Positions 12,304 to 26,075 of a stretch of 64,000 bases of DNA are shown here, in pieces. A model generated the notes under the pieces. That model searched no databases, was not told where the DNA came from, and saw only the letters and a list, made by a program, of their open reading frames with translations. Position 1 is the stretch's first letter, and each line of letters begins with the position of its first letter. The stretch is from contig NC_068984.1 in NCBI RefSeq assembly GCF_001194135.2, positions 120,888,086 through 120,952,085 of the forward strand, given 5' to 3'. Position numbers and translations under genes: made by a program. The stretch is from Octopus bimaculoides. Its lineage: Eukaryota.

Positions 12304-13399
12304 TAATTAGATTGTGAGAGAAACTGATTAAGTAATTTAGTTATTGATGGAAAGATTTGAGGTGTAAGATAAGTTAGTAGCATAGGCGAGGAGGCGATTC
12401 TAGGCAGAAGAATGGGAGGCTAGAGAAAGACCGTGATTATGGAGTAGATATGAAATAAGTTCAAGGCAACTATATAGGTTAACGAGAAGGTATTTGTGTC
12501 CTGAGAAAAGAGTAGGATTACGAAAAACATTAGAAGTTTTATACATAACAATATCGGTATATTAATGATAGTGACCAAACAAAATTACTAAATTGTAACT
12601 CAAGTGATTAAGCAAAAACTTAAGTAAATAAAAAGTGAATAATAATAAATAAGTACATAGTTAAGACTGGAATGTTAAGGTGACTAGCGTATGGTTAAAG
12701 AAAATATATAAGTAAAGAAATAGAAGGTTGTTTGGTTGGATTAACTGTAAGGTGTCGAGTCATTTTGCGTAATTAAGTAAACATTACTGTTGGGGTATTC
12801 ACAGCCTAAATAAAAGCAGCGAATGAAGTTCTTGTTATTTTCGGATTAAACTGCTAGGTTTGTATAATAGCAAGATTTTGAGGCTTTGTGGTAGCGCAAG
12901 GAAATCTTGTCATTACGTTTATTTGTAGATTATTCTTAGTGGATAAGATGGATAAAGTTTCTCGTAAATCATAAGGTCTCTTGTTTACGGTCTTCGAGAT
13001 AACAGTTTGAGGTATGACGTTTGCTACTTTCATGCTTACATTGAAATTTATATGTTACATTAGTTGTGTGATATACGTTTTGTGATTTGTCAGCTTGTTG
13101 TCTTTAGTTAAGAAGGAAATCTTTCAATGTTGTGCTATTGTATTGTATCCTAGCATTGAGCTTGTGGTTAAGAATGATACACATTATACTCTGCTTCGTG
13201 TCGTTTTTGAAATTACATCGGAGACACAAGTACAATCCTTTCTCATGGTTTACTATGAGTTAGCAACAAGTAGCAATAGTTGCTCATTACAATACATTAG
13301 CCAAAATAAAGTTGTTGGGGAAAATATTAGTTGACAGCATCAAGCTTGAACATAAACGTATTCTTAATATTTATGATACTAGAAACGAAAGGTGTCCAT

Positions 13400-13446
<47 letters not shown>

Positions 13447-13696
13447 TATACGTTTGTGACAGACTTGTAGCCAACAACACCTGTGCACATGATATATTGT
13501 GTAGAAACATGAGTGGAGAGTAAAAATGTAATTAGAAATAGGGCTTGGAGTAGAATAACTATATTTTTTATTTATTTATTTATTTATGGGTTTCAGCCAA
13601 GTGGCTGCGGTCATGCTGGAGCACAACTTTTTTAAAATGGCATGAAAACCTGAATTCAACAAGAATACGTTCAATTGAAATATATGAATGTATTTG

Positions 13697-14085
13697 TCTT
13701 TTATTTGTTCCAGTCATTAGACTGCAGCCATGCTGGGGTACCGCCTTGAAAGATTTTTAGTCGAATGAATCGACTAATTTTTTTTTAAGCCTGGTACTTA
13801 TTCTATCGTTATCGTTTGCCGAACCGCTAAGTTACGGAAACGTAAACACACTAACTCGGATTGTTATGCGGTGGTGGGGGACAAACAGAGACACAAAGAC
13901 ACAAACACGCGCGCGCACATATGTATATGCAACAGCCTTCTTCCAGATTCTGTCTACCAAATCCATTCACAAGGCTTTGGTCGCCCCGGGATTAAAGTAT
14001 AAAACACTTGCCCAAGGTACTACACAATGGGACTGAACCCGGAAACATGTGGTTAGGAAGCAAGCTTCTTACAATGCAGCCACGT
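13697..14085 (-). mobile_element. SINE family B, near full length
   Basis: tRNA-like head, CORE-like ccttgggcaagtgt segment, internal microsatellite and gctccagcatggc...ctgaaac-type tail. An extra tail-only copy lies at 13586-13627. Confidence 0.85.
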
Positions 14086-14379
14086 GTAACCCTCTCAGAC
14101 CTTGCAGACCTTGGCCTCGGTGTCTAACTTCACCCTCCTCTTGGGCTTCTGAGGGGGTGGGGAACAATAATTGCATACTGAGGTCAAGATCAACATTTGC
14201 AGACAAACTAAAGAACAGAATCGGCTGCATCCTCTTTTTCTGTGTGTATTGTTCATTACCGCTTTACCGGGAATCCGGCTTAGAAGAAGTTTAACCTATT
14301 CACGCTATAGCGGGAATAAGGTATGATAGGGCTAATGAGCCCTCTTAGAAGAGGACTCTTAACAATAATGATTTCTGAT

Positions 14380-14588
14380 TTAGGCACAAAGCAAGCATAT
14401 CTGAAGTGGGGCTGCTATTAAGTTACATCGACTCCAGCATGTAATTGGTACTTAACTTTAACGACCGTGAAAGGATGAACGGAAAAAATTTGATCTCAGC
14501 GTGATTTGAAACTAGAACACAAAAAGTCGGAAGAAATACCGCATGGACTTATTCGACGTCATATCGATTCTGACTTCTGTCACCCTTG
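14380..14588 (-). mobile_element. SINE family A, old diverged copy
   Basis: Reverse-complement similarity to the 14851 copy across head, core and tail. Confidence 0.6.
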
Positions 14589-14850
14589 AAGATGAATATC
14601 GTGAAGTTTTAGAAAATGAGGTGTAGCCAACTGAATCGCTCAAAGTACGTGACTGGTACTAATGTTTATTAATACTAGAGAGATAAAAGATGAAGTCGAC
14701 CTTAAACAGCCGAAATCATACAGATACTGCAACTGATAATGATGATGATGATGATGATAATGGCGATGATAATTTTGTTGATGAGGATGACGATGACGAT
14801 GGTTATGGTGATGGTGAGGGTGATGAAAATATTATTGTTGCTGTTATTAA

Positions 14851-15063
14851 AGGTGGCGAGCTGGCAGAAACGTTTGCACGCCGGGCGAAATGCTTAGCGG
14901 TATTTCGTCTGTCTTTACGTTCTGAGTTCAAATTCCGCCGAGGTCGACTTTGCCTTTCATCCTTTCGGGGTTGATAAATTAAGTACCAGTTGCGTACTGG
15001 AGTCGATCTAATCGACTGGTCCCTTCCCCCAAAATTTCAGGCCTTGTGTCTAGAGTAGAAAAG
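14851..15063 (+). mobile_element. SINE family A, full length (tRNA-derived head plus conserved cctttcatcctttcggggtcgataaa core)
   Basis: ggtggcgagctggcagaa (A-box-like)...gagttcaaattcc (B-box-like)...core...gccttgtgtctagagtagaaa tail. Confidence 0.9.
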
Positions 15064-15391
15064 AATATTATTGCTTTTGATAATATGTTGCTGCTGCTGC
15101 TGTTGTTGTTGTTGACGACGACGATGATGATGATGGTATTAATGATAGAAAACAATGGTAACAATTACAGAGATATTTTGTTGCTAGGACTTTTCGAGAT
15201 AGCGTGACGTTTCTCGATATCAAAATACTCCTACATTATTACACAGTTCCTCCTTATCAATGTTAAATGTGTTAAAGCAGTAGTCTCAAAGATAGATTAC
15301 GTTTTGTTATGAAGCAGGACGACAGCAAAGATAACAAGAAAGTAGAACGAGAAATACGCAACGCTTGTTATTCTTCTGAAGACGACATAAT

Positions 15392-15590
15392 GTGGCGAGA
15401 TGGCAGAATCGTTAGCACTCTGTGAAAAATGCTTAGTAGCTTTTCGTCCGTCTTTACGACCGAGGTTAACTTTGCTTTTCCTGCTTTTGGGATCGATAAA
15501 ACAAAATACCAGCCAAGTATTGGGATCCATGAAATCGACTTTCTTCATTCTCTTAAAGTTCCTGACCTTACTCCAAAAATTGAAACAATT
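15392..15590 (+). mobile_element. SINE family A, diverged copy with internal deletion
   Basis: Head, core and tail similarity to the 14851 copy. Confidence 0.7.
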
Positions 15591-16062
15591 ACTCTTCAAA
15601 AGAAAAAAAAAAGTACATGTAAAGCCAGGATAGGTTTGACAAAATACTATTATTGAGGTTTTACTCTGGAAAGCATAATGATAACGAGAAAAGAAAGAAC
15701 ATACGTAAATTAAGAAGCCACCCATAAAGTCGGTGAGTTGGCGGAACCGTTGGCTACAATACGTAGCAGTATTTGTTTCGATATTTAACCGTAGGAGTTC
15801 AATTTTCATCCAAGTCAACATTAAAATTCATTTATTTTTCCGAGGTAAATAGAAAAAGAACCAATCCCAGAGTAGTATGCTCAAGGAACTGTTTGAGGGT
15901 GGGACAAAATGTTTTGCGTTTTAATAATAACGCCTGAGGTCAATTGTGTTACACTGTATCGGGCCTAATTTAGCGGCTTTTATCTTGGATAAATAGTAGT
16001 GTCGCAGGGTGGGAAAACTCACATGCATAGATAACTGCAATTAGTAATATAACAATCCTGTC

Positions 16063-16276
16063 TACTATAGGCGTAAGGCCTGAATTTTTGTGAGGAAGAA
16101 TGCTAGTCGATTACATCGACCCCAGTACTCAACTAGTACTTATTATATCGACCCTGAAAGGATGAAAGGTAACGTCAACTTCGGCAGGATTTGAACTCAG
16201 GATTTAAGGAGTCGGAAGAAATGCTGTTAAGCATTTTACCTAGCACAGCAAGGATTCTACCAGCTCGTCGCCTTAG
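16063..16276 (-). mobile_element. SINE family A
   Basis: Reverse complement of a full family A copy. Confidence 0.8.
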
Positions 16277-17192
16277 TTATATCATAATACATTAATACTT
16301 TAATACTCTCTCTTAAGATAACACATTCGACATTGGGACGGGTCACCTCCCTAGATTAATTCTTCAAAATATAAGGTTGCCTCACAAGAGAAGCGTAGCT
16401 GCATTTGCATTCCCTTATCTTTCTCAAACTTGTACTTATACATGGTCAACATTGTCTGTCGACTGCTCTACCTATCCTTGACATACCCTATTTACAAAGA
16501 TAATGTAAAATAATGGCAGTGATTATAGTGTTTTTATGGTATCATTAAACTTAAGATTACTTTCATTTACTACCATTTTGCTAACGTGCAGTTAGTGATA
16601 TCATAATACATTTATACTTGAACATAATCCCTCTTAGAACAACACGCTGAACATTGAAATAGGTTGGACCGCCTGCCTAGATTAGTTCTTCAAAATATAA
16701 CATTACCTAGCAGAATTATAGCTGCATACGTCTTTCCTAAATGACAGGCCATCAGACGATTAGTTGAGGCGTTAAAGTTTGGTACATTATTATAGGCACA
16801 GCGATGAACCAGTAGTTTAATTTTCAACGATCTAATTAACTTCGCTGCTAATGATACCTCTAGATGTTTTATGAGCTTGCATTACTGAATTCAACTACTT
16901 TTGTGGAAGGAACATTATAAGAAAATGTTGGGTGCAGTATACCGTCTTTTTTGTATACTCAGTTTTAGCCAACGTATCTGATCATCTAATATAAAACTGG
17001 AAGTGATTGTGCTTTAATAGCAAGTCTCACCATAGCAAACTGCTTGTCATCTAATCATCATGTATTCCTCAGCTTCTGCTACCGACTGATTCTCCTCAGC
17101 AATGGATTGTTCGACCTTCATTAAACAACACTTTCCTGCTCGTTTTCCTCTTTCCTGTCATTTATATTGCACTTTTCTTATGAAAAATTTTC

Positions 17193-17351
17193 AGGCGTAG
17201 CCGTGTGGTAAGACGTTTGCTTCCCAACTACATGGTTCTGGTTTCAGTTCCACTGCATGGAACCTTAAGTAGGTGTCTTCTACTATAGCTTCGGTTCGAC
17301 CAAAGCTTTGTGAGTGGATCGGATAGACGGAAACTGAAAACCTGTCATATG

Positions 17352-17392
<41 letters not shown>

Positions 17393-17790
17393 GTGTGCGC
17401 GCGTACGCGTTTGCCCCCAACACCGATTTACAACCGGTGTTGGTGTGTTTACGTCCCTGCTACATAGTGGTTCGGCAGAAGAGACTAAAGGTGGCGAGCT
17501 GGCAGAAGCGTTAACGGGCGAAACGCTTAGCGGTATTTCGTCTGCCGTTACGTTCTGAATTCAAATTCCGCTGAGGTCGACTTTGCCTTTCATCCTTTCG
17601 AGGTCGATAAATTAAGTACCAGTTACGCACTGTAATCGACTTAATTTTTGTGTCTGTCCTTGTTTGTCCCCTCTATGTTTAGCCCCGAATCACGCTTTAC
17701 AAAAGAAATAATAAGTACTGACTAAAATTCTTCAAGGTGGTGCCCCAGCACGGCTGCATTTTAATGATAGAAAGAAGTCAAAGATAAAAG
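17193..17790 (+). mobile_element. SINE family B copy interrupted by a family A insertion (about 17490-17710)
   Basis: The B head and body stop at ...gcagaagagac, a complete A copy follows, then the B tail resumes (ataagtact...ggtggtgccccagcacggc). Confidence 0.8.
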
Positions 17791-18479
17791 AAGATCTATT
17801 CTAACTCTAACGAAGAATTCTTTCATCGGTCTTCTTTTTTTTTTTTTTTGATGAGCCAAATGAGAGAATCTTTACGCGGTTAATTCCATATAATAGAAAT
17901 AATTAACCAAAATATTTTTCAAAAGACACCCAACGATTTTAAAATAGGAAGGTGCAATGAATAAGGGATACACTGTGAATAGAAAAAGAACGGGGCTGTT
18001 ATGCGTGAGATAATTTTATTCATACCTCATGCATAGTTCCCTCTTTCTCTCTCTCCCCGCTCCCTTTCTCACTGTGTGTGTGTGTGTCTCTCTCTCTCCC
18101 TCTCTCTAGGCATCTATTTCTGTCTTTCCTTTGAATTCTTTCGTCAGCAATGTTATTTTATTTTCTCACTATTATTGTCACTTTTCCCTCTCACTTTACG
18201 TAACAATGTTGCCTTCGCTTCCTCTCCTCTCCCGCTTTCATTTTCTTTTTTCTGTCTCCCCTCCTCTCTCTCTGATATGCATTTCGTCATTGATCATGTA
18301 CACACACACATACAATATGACTAGACCTAGGCAGTCAATTAGATAAAACATATTAGTTTAATAGGGCAGCAATTATAAGACCGTAGAAATAACAAACAGT
18401 ATAATTAGATTAACAAATATACATAACAAAAACTCAAACAAAACTGTAAACAATTGAAACTTAAGTTCTTTGGCATTCG

Positions 18480-19260
18480 CTGTAAAATGTTTCCAAATCG
18501 AGCTGTTAAGTATCTACATCTTGAAAAATACTCAACTAAAATTTATTTCTATGTAGTTATTTGATCATCGGTTTAACATTTACCACTTATAACAGTAAAA
18601 CAATTTCGCAGATGTCCCAACAATTCTTTAATTGAAACTGTATAAATTCAACATTTGACTCAAGCCTGTAGCTGTCTAACGTTCCAAATACGGTTCTACT
18701 TCTGTTTATGTCTCCTTGGAAGGTTAAATAATTTGCTTTGTTAATTCTATTTGATTAAAAAGCATTCTATTCTGTTTTAAAATGTAGCTCTGGTTTGGAA
18801 AAATTCAGTAATATCAAGTATTGAATCAAATCATCACGGAGTTTTACTACGAAATACATTTTTAAGACTTGTAAATCGAAAAGAAAAATGTTATAGAAAA
18901 TATATTTGTAACAAATACACTCTTTTTATATAGCTTCAATTCTTTTATAAGTAACAGGCGCTTTTCCTTTTCTGTGAGTAGAAATGAGGTTGAATCATAT
19001 CCATACCTAACTACAGAGCATTAAAGCCAAAAGTGATATTAAATTACTCCAAAACGGAATTGAAAATGCTGTTAACTCGAATTTCTAAAAAGCTTTCTTC
19101 TAACGTTCATGATTGCCACTCCTTGCTTTATATTCAGTCTTTAACACGGCACAATGCTTCGGACTTGCTTTTCTCTGGGAATTAGAAATGCGATTGTAGA
19201 ACATTCAGAATGAAAATGAAATACAATTAATACGACCAGTAAACAAAGCTGGCTTGTTTA
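18480..19260 (-). mobile_element. Possible highly decayed hAT transposase
   Basis: Fragmentary translations GYDSTSFLLTEKEKRLLLIKE, KLRDDLIQYL and YLTFQGD resemble, in the right order, the hAT GYD..S.M, RL..LREEI..FL and LNL.LQG blocks; many stops. Confidence 0.3.
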
Positions 19261-20793
19261 TTTGTTTAAGAATAACCTACTAATTCCCCAGTTCGTAAGA
19301 TAAATATAAAATCTTAAATATTATGGTCTATTGCCAATAACTTAGGATATAACATCAAATATGAAACCAATCCTCTTTTAGTGTCCACAGTACAAACTAA
19401 TCGAAATTTAGCTAAATGAAGTTACAATGGACCTTTGTCAAATAATTGCTTAACATCTCATTTTGCAACACACACACACAACTCGGTAAAGTTGCCACTG
19501 GCGTAAGTTTAATGAAAATTGTTGTTCTAAAGCGAAAGTATAAAGATTTTGGACCCAAGAATACGTAGTATTACTTTCTAAGAATGCTTTATTGTTGTTA
19601 CGAAAGCATTCGACATGGTTAGCAGTTTTATATTGTAGAAACTTTTAATAGCACATGACTCTGTGCTGCTGTATGATGGAGTCGAAGTTTGGGCATGTAT
19701 CTGTATTTGATCCAATGTTAATGGTGGAAATATATTTGTGTTTACACATTTTGCAGCTCAGAATGCCCCTCTGCCTTTGTTTTCTTTGTATTACTTTCAA
19801 GAACTATTAATAAAATTTGTATCTGTTAAACAGTTATATGTAAACTGGTTCGCTCGTACTCTCCTGGGACAGTGTTGTTTTCGAGATCAATTATAGTAGA
19901 ATCGTCAAAAACTTAGCTATATTGGTGCGTAGTCAAAAAGAAAATTATTAGCAAGGGCTAGATATGAAATTATATGATGTCAAAAGTGTTCAGTATATTT
20001 CACTATCGCGAATTTTTGGAATACCTGAGCAATTTGTAATATTATGTGGTTATAAAAATATATGTAATGTGCATAACTGAGTTTGGTAAAACTGGTTTTA
20101 AAGAAAGCCATATTATTAGACACAGCCAAAATGGAACCAATTTTTTTGTATAAGTTATTCCAAAAAGGATAGATATAGTCCACAACCGTCGAACATTTGT
20201 AGATCGATACCTGCAGAAAAAATGTGAAGATTTGGGTGAAGCGTTGAATGCAAGATCTGGGTAGTAAGACACAGCAGAAATGATTAAGAAGTCTGTGTAC
20301 AAGAATACAATTAGTTACGAGAAGCAGAAATCATTATTGTAATGGTAGATGTAGAAGAAAAAGTAGAAGTGATGAGCGGTGAATACAACTGAGTACAGCT
20401 AGTTCAGACAACGGGAGACCCTTATAGAAGTATCAGAAAAAAAACTGAGAGAAGAAACTGCATTTCTGTGGAACAGTGATTGTAGCATTCTGGTCACAGA
20501 ATCTTTGCTAATCACTCAAATGGCCTTCCTTTGGAAGAGATCCAACATGCTTAATTAAAGAGAAAGCTATCAGCTAATGCTGGAATGTATATACTATTTA
20601 CTGAGTATAAGTAATAAAAAGTATTAAGTTCACTACGCAAAGAAATATCATTTAAAAGACAAGCTGCAGATACCCAGAAAATTACATGAGAGCTTACTTG
20701 AAGATTAGATATGTAATTTCTCTGTTGTTTCATCTATCTCTTCCTATTTATCAATTCATCTTTCTATCTTACTATATTTTCTCTCTCTCTCTC

Positions 20794-20870
<77 letters not shown>

Positions 20871-21049
20871 CGCTCGCTCGCTCGCTCGCTCGCTCGCTAA
20901 CTCTATGTTTGGAGTATCTTTGAAATATAACGAAAATATCTGCTGCATCAGGTGGTTAAGCAAGAGAAAAACAGAAAAAAACACAGAATTGTGGGAAATT
21001 AGAGGTGATCTGCATCGGCAAAGATTGTTTTATTTGTTAGTATTTTAAT

Positions 21050-21293
21050 CTTATACTTGTTTCAGTCATTGGTCTGCGGCCATACTTGGACACCGCTCTG
21101 AAGGGTTTACTCGAGCAGATCGATCTCAGTGCTTACTTTTTAATTTTTTAAGGCGTAATACTTCTTCTATCTGACCATTTTTGCCGAACCGCCATGTTAC
21201 AGGGACGTAAACAAACACTGGTTGTCAAGATGAGGTAGGGGACAAACACAAACCAAAATACACACACACATAACTACTTACATACATATATAC

Positions 21294-21325
<32 letters not shown>

Positions 21326-21578
21326 TCAAACATATATATATATGTACATATATTTAAATATATGAGTATGTGTGTGTGTGTCTATATGTGTGTGTGTGTG
21401 TGTATACACACACACGACAGGTTTCTTTCAGGTTCCGTTTACCATATCCACTCACAAGGCTTTGGTCAGCTAGGGGGTATAGCAGAAGACATTTGCTCAA
21501 TGTGTCACGTAGAAGGACTGAACCCGAAAACATGTGGTTAGGTAGCAATCTTCTTACCATGCAGCCGTGCCTGCGCCT
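21050..21578 (-). mobile_element. SINE family B, full length
   Basis: Head aggcgcaggcacggctgcatggtaag, CORE-like part, long internal (TA)/(TG) tract and tail. Confidence 0.85.
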
Positions 21579-21819
21579 GGTTAAGAATAAAAATTTGTAT
21601 GTTTTTAGAATTTAGACAATTACTTTAAGTTCTTGTTAAATTAGGAGACTCATTGATCAAACGGTGTCCCTAAATTACTATCCAAAAGAATCATTTGTCT
21701 GGTAGTATATATGTCACAAGTGTGCCATAGCGTTATGACCAACCAATGTCCAACCCAATAAATCTCTTGTCTCTAATTTCCTAATGTAATATTATTAATA
21801 TCTAATTAAAACTTCCAAC

Positions 21820-21995
21820 TACGAGGGGGTACTGAAAAGTTCCTGACTTTGGGTAAAAGAAAATACATGAGAGTCAGTTATTTATGATTCTATTTAACAT
21901 ATTACTCTCTCAGATTCACACATTTATTGCAGCGGACCTTCAGTGTTTCAAATCCCTGTAAAAGAACTGGGAAGGTCGGGTCTCCAACCAGGCCT
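21820..21995 (+). mobile_element. Mariner-like terminal fragment
   Basis: TA-CGAGGGGGTACTGAAAAGTTCC terminus; homologous to the reverse copy at 44290-44476. Confidence 0.7.
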
Positions 21996-22954
21996 ACTCT
22001 TAAAGATCTAAATAATATAAGACCCTAACCAGACTTAATAAAGATTGTTCGTTGTTTGAAGAGAAAGATCCGACTAACCGTTAGTTAAAGTTATGCTGTA
22101 TAATAATCAATCACATTTTAACTTTAAACTGATTTCCTTTAAATTAGTTGGGGAAAAGTTATTTCTTTGTAGACAAAAGGCAGAATGAAATAATATTATA
22201 TTAAATTATTGATAAGGAAGAGATAAACGAAAACGATGAATTCTGTCAGCTCTGAACTCAGAGTTCAGATAATATATAATCTGAAGGGTCGAAACTAAAT
22301 TATATAAAGCTTTTAAACCAATTGTTTACTGCTTTGGACAAATCACCGCTCCTTGCATATTTTATATAAGTAAATTAGTACAAAACACTTATCTTTAGTA
22401 AATGATACTTTAAATTTCGAGAAAAGAAAACACAAATATCATATGACCTGCTATTATATTGCTTCAAGACACTTTACCATCGACTATAAAAATGTATATA
22501 AAATTACCATGTATGATACGAGAACTAAATAAAATAGTCGAAATTTAGGATGGGAAGGGTTGCATTATATTCGAGTGTAAAAAGAAATAAGCAATTGACC
22601 TGCGAAAAGGATACAGAAGCGGTAGCCTCGAGAATCTAACGACTAATGTACCTGCATCGCTATGCGTAGTGAATACATCCAACAGCAAACGTTTATTCTG
22701 ATATCACTCAGGCGAAATTTGGTTATACACTTTATTGCTTAAAGTTGATTAATTAATTTATTTCAATTTACAACGGGAAAATGATGTATGCTAATTAGTA
22801 TAAAAATCTTATTAAAAAAAGTGGATAAGAAAACTGACTTATAGCTTACAGTGCAAAATTTAATTTAAAGTCAAAGAATTTTCTGAAAAGGACAACCGCT
22901 GAGAAGCTTCTAGAGGTTTGGAGCAGTTGGAAGTAACATTAGACTATGGAGAAA

Positions 22955-22985
<31 letters not shown>

Positions 22986-24714
22986 GAGAGAAAAGAAAAG
23001 AGAGAAAACCTAACTGTAGAAAATGCAAGTGTCGGGAATCTCTTAAGAGAAATGAAACCCACTACCTAAGACTTTGGAAAGAATTGATTGAATGGGTAGA
23101 AGATGAAACAAAAGATATATATTGTTACCATCTTTAAATTTACAAGCAACGAAAATATCAAAAGATAAGAAATATGTAGTTAGTCAATCTTCAAATGTGT
23201 GGTGTCAGAGTTTCTTTAGAACGTATATTTTAGGCTCTAAAAAATTCACTGATTGATCGGCCCTTTAATTTAGATGATAAAATTATGCAGTTTCACATTT
23301 CTATGATAAAACTGAGAAAGTAGCAAAACTTTATAGTTAGTCAAATTGGAAAATATGAATACGTCAACCCCAACTTTTTTTTTTCTTTTTTGCTACATGC
23401 TAGAAAACAGAGTAGAGGATAAAATACGAAGCAAAACTGTATGATGGTGTAACAAGGCCCACATGTACACATATATTCACACATACATACATATAAATAC
23501 ACAGCAATTTAGTTGATGGAATCAAATAAAATCATATGGTTTTGCTGATAAGAGAAAGTTCCAAAAAATGAAAAATGTCCAGTGTAACATTTTACTGTAG
23601 TTGTGCATCATTTGTCTAATTGAATCAAATCAAGCGAAATGTCGTGATTATGTATAAAAAGAAATAAAAATGCATGATTCCAAAAGTGGAAAAATGTCCT
23701 TTTGAAATTACATTTTATTATCATTCTAAAGGCTTGGTGAATGGACACTGCATCCGTTTATCACTTAGAAAATTATGGAATAAATGAAAAAGGAGTACTT
23801 TTAAAGAAACTTGTATCGCTAGTGAGGGAATAAATTAGAGCTCACCCTTGTGAGCAGGTGAAGGATATAACTCAAGCTGTAATGCTATGTGCTTTAGGAT
23901 ATGTTCTGAAAAATAATAACAAAAATAAAACATTTAGAGATGAGTTTAGGAAGAAGTAGATATCATCTACTGAAGTGGAAAAACTACAGGAGGTTGCCTG
24001 AAAATAAAAATGCCTGCCATTGCTATTGTTGCCACATGTGTTAAAGTAGCCTGGAATGTTTTATCTAAACACATGATTTCAAAGAGCATTGGTTGAGAGA
24101 GAGAGAGAAGGAGAGAGAGAGATAGCGGGAGGGAGAAAGAGAAAGAGTCATTTGGACTAAAATTAACATTTTCAGGATGAATTTTTTTTTGTCTGCATAA
24201 GAAAATAATCTCAGCTCTTTTATCCTTTTATTCATTTAGTATACTAGAGAGTGTTATTGGTTATGTGATAGATAACGTTGGGGATATGCTTTCGTTTTAG
24301 TTCGTAATAAAGGCTAATGTTACATAGTAGTCATTAAGTTCAATTTTACTTGCTCAGATTTCGTTGTAAATGAATACTAATGAAATAAATACTAACTGTT
24401 GAATTAAATACATTTATTAAAGTAAGTTGCGAATGATATTATTGTTTAGCTATTAATCAATTACACATGTATCCTTATCTGATACCGCCTACAGTGGCAA
24501 AATTATGCTTCCAACATTACATGTCATGAACGATAACACTCTTGATAGCATGCAGTAACAAAGGGAGATAAATGCAGTATTATCTTCCTTTGGAGGAAGG
24601 ACAGAGAGAGAGATGGCAAAGGAGAGGAAGAGAGAAGAGGGAAAATGTTATGAGTTTGGGTCTTGCTTGATATTACTTTAAGCTTGAATTTCTCAGATGA
24701 ATTTAGCTTTCTCG

Positions 24715-25325
24715 AATGTCCAGCTTTTCCTCTGTGTGTGAGGTGATGGGCTTCAGTAGTTGTCTAAAAGCCCTGGGTTAGAGGCAAGGGGTGATATTGC
24801 TAGAAGCATGACCAGTGGGATTAGCCACTTCAGCGCATCTTTCCAACGGAGAAGACAACCGATGTTGTCAAGGCTAATGTGAATATGACGCCATCTGCCC
24901 GGTCGACATCCCCGGGCCTATCTACTAACAATGGAAGAAGACTAGGATCTAGAAATTCACATGAGGAAGCATTCGAAGTTCCCAAAATTTTGCCTCAGCA
25001 TCACATAGTACTGATTTCGGAAACATCCAAGCATATAGTTCCGTTCGAAGTCTGTATTTCCTAGGAAAAAACATAATGGAGAGACAAATGAGAAGAAGAG
25101 AAGGAAGTATGCTAACCAGGTGGAGCTACCACAAAACAATAGATGACAAGAAACGTTTCATATCACTGAACTGGAATGCAGAAGGTTTGCATTTCTGTCC
25201 GTCTGCTAATCCAACAACATGCTGGGCATCGCAGGAGTTTGTAAGTGGAAGACCATCAAGTTGGCCATGGAGGCAGCAGGGGTGGTCTCAAGGTGGTTGA
25301 GGATCAAGGGATATGAGTCTTGTAA
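24715..25325 (+). mobile_element. Decayed 3' end of an RLE-type non-LTR retrotransposon (HERO/NeSL/R2-like group)
   Basis: Zinc-knuckle relic (PAFPLC...SSCLKALG...KHDQ), then HIVLISETSKHIVPFEV, KRRKYANQVE, ELECRRF, MLGIAG, KTIKLAMEAAGVVSRWLRIK, in the order of a PD-(D/E)xK restriction-like endonuclease C-terminus; stops and frameshifts. Confidence 0.75.
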
Positions 25326-25853
25326 GGAGTAAGTGATCCATGGGGTAATGTTTACTGGACACAAGCTGGGGCTTGATTAAGCCTGGCTGGATAGCATGGG
25401 CGAAAGTGTATACTGATATGTCCAGGTGCATCACAAGAATTTATAAGAAAAAATATGAGGAACAGTGATTATATTTTTATTGACAACAGATGAATTCAAA
25501 CCTTGAAAGGACTAAATACGTTATTTTTTTTGTTTTTGTTTCACCGCAGTTACCATATTGACTGTAAAATTAATCTAGTTTCCAGTCTCTACAAACAGTT
25601 AACCACTCATACATTTATTGATGTATGGCTACATTATCCAATAGACAGAACTTTTTGTTTTATGGTCGGTCGGTAGGGGATCGGCGTTTGAAGCCATACT
25701 GTTTATATTTCCATTGTTACTCTTACTCAGTTACGCAAAATGCTGATCGAAAAAGAGGTAGGGTTTACTCAGCTTATACTGAAAAACATGAGAAAAACAA
25801 TAAAAGAACCCGATTAAAACACTAATATATCATTTAAGAATTTATCCGATGTA

Positions 25854-26075
25854 AGGCGGCAAGCTGGCAGAATCGTTAACTTGCCGAGCAAATTACTTAG
25901 TGGTATTTCTTCCGTCTTCAAATTCTGAGTTCAAATTCTGCGCAGGTCTACTTTGCCTTTCTTCCTTTGCAGTTGATGAAATAAGTACTAGTTGAGCAGG
26001 TCGGTGTAACCGACTTTCACCTTTCACCTTTCACCTTTCCCTGAAACTGCAGGCATTGCCTCAAAATTTGAAACT
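25854..26075 (+). mobile_element. SINE family A
   Basis: Full head, core and tail similarity. Confidence 0.8.

Noticed and set aside
14851-14940. tRNA gene-like A/B boxes
   Set aside because: These are SINE heads; no cloverleaf, and they continue into the SINE core.
14690-14974. Asp-rich ORF ending LRSEFKFRRGRLCLSSFRG (similar peptides at 27863 and 29376)
   Set aside because: A (GAT)n tract read into a family A SINE.
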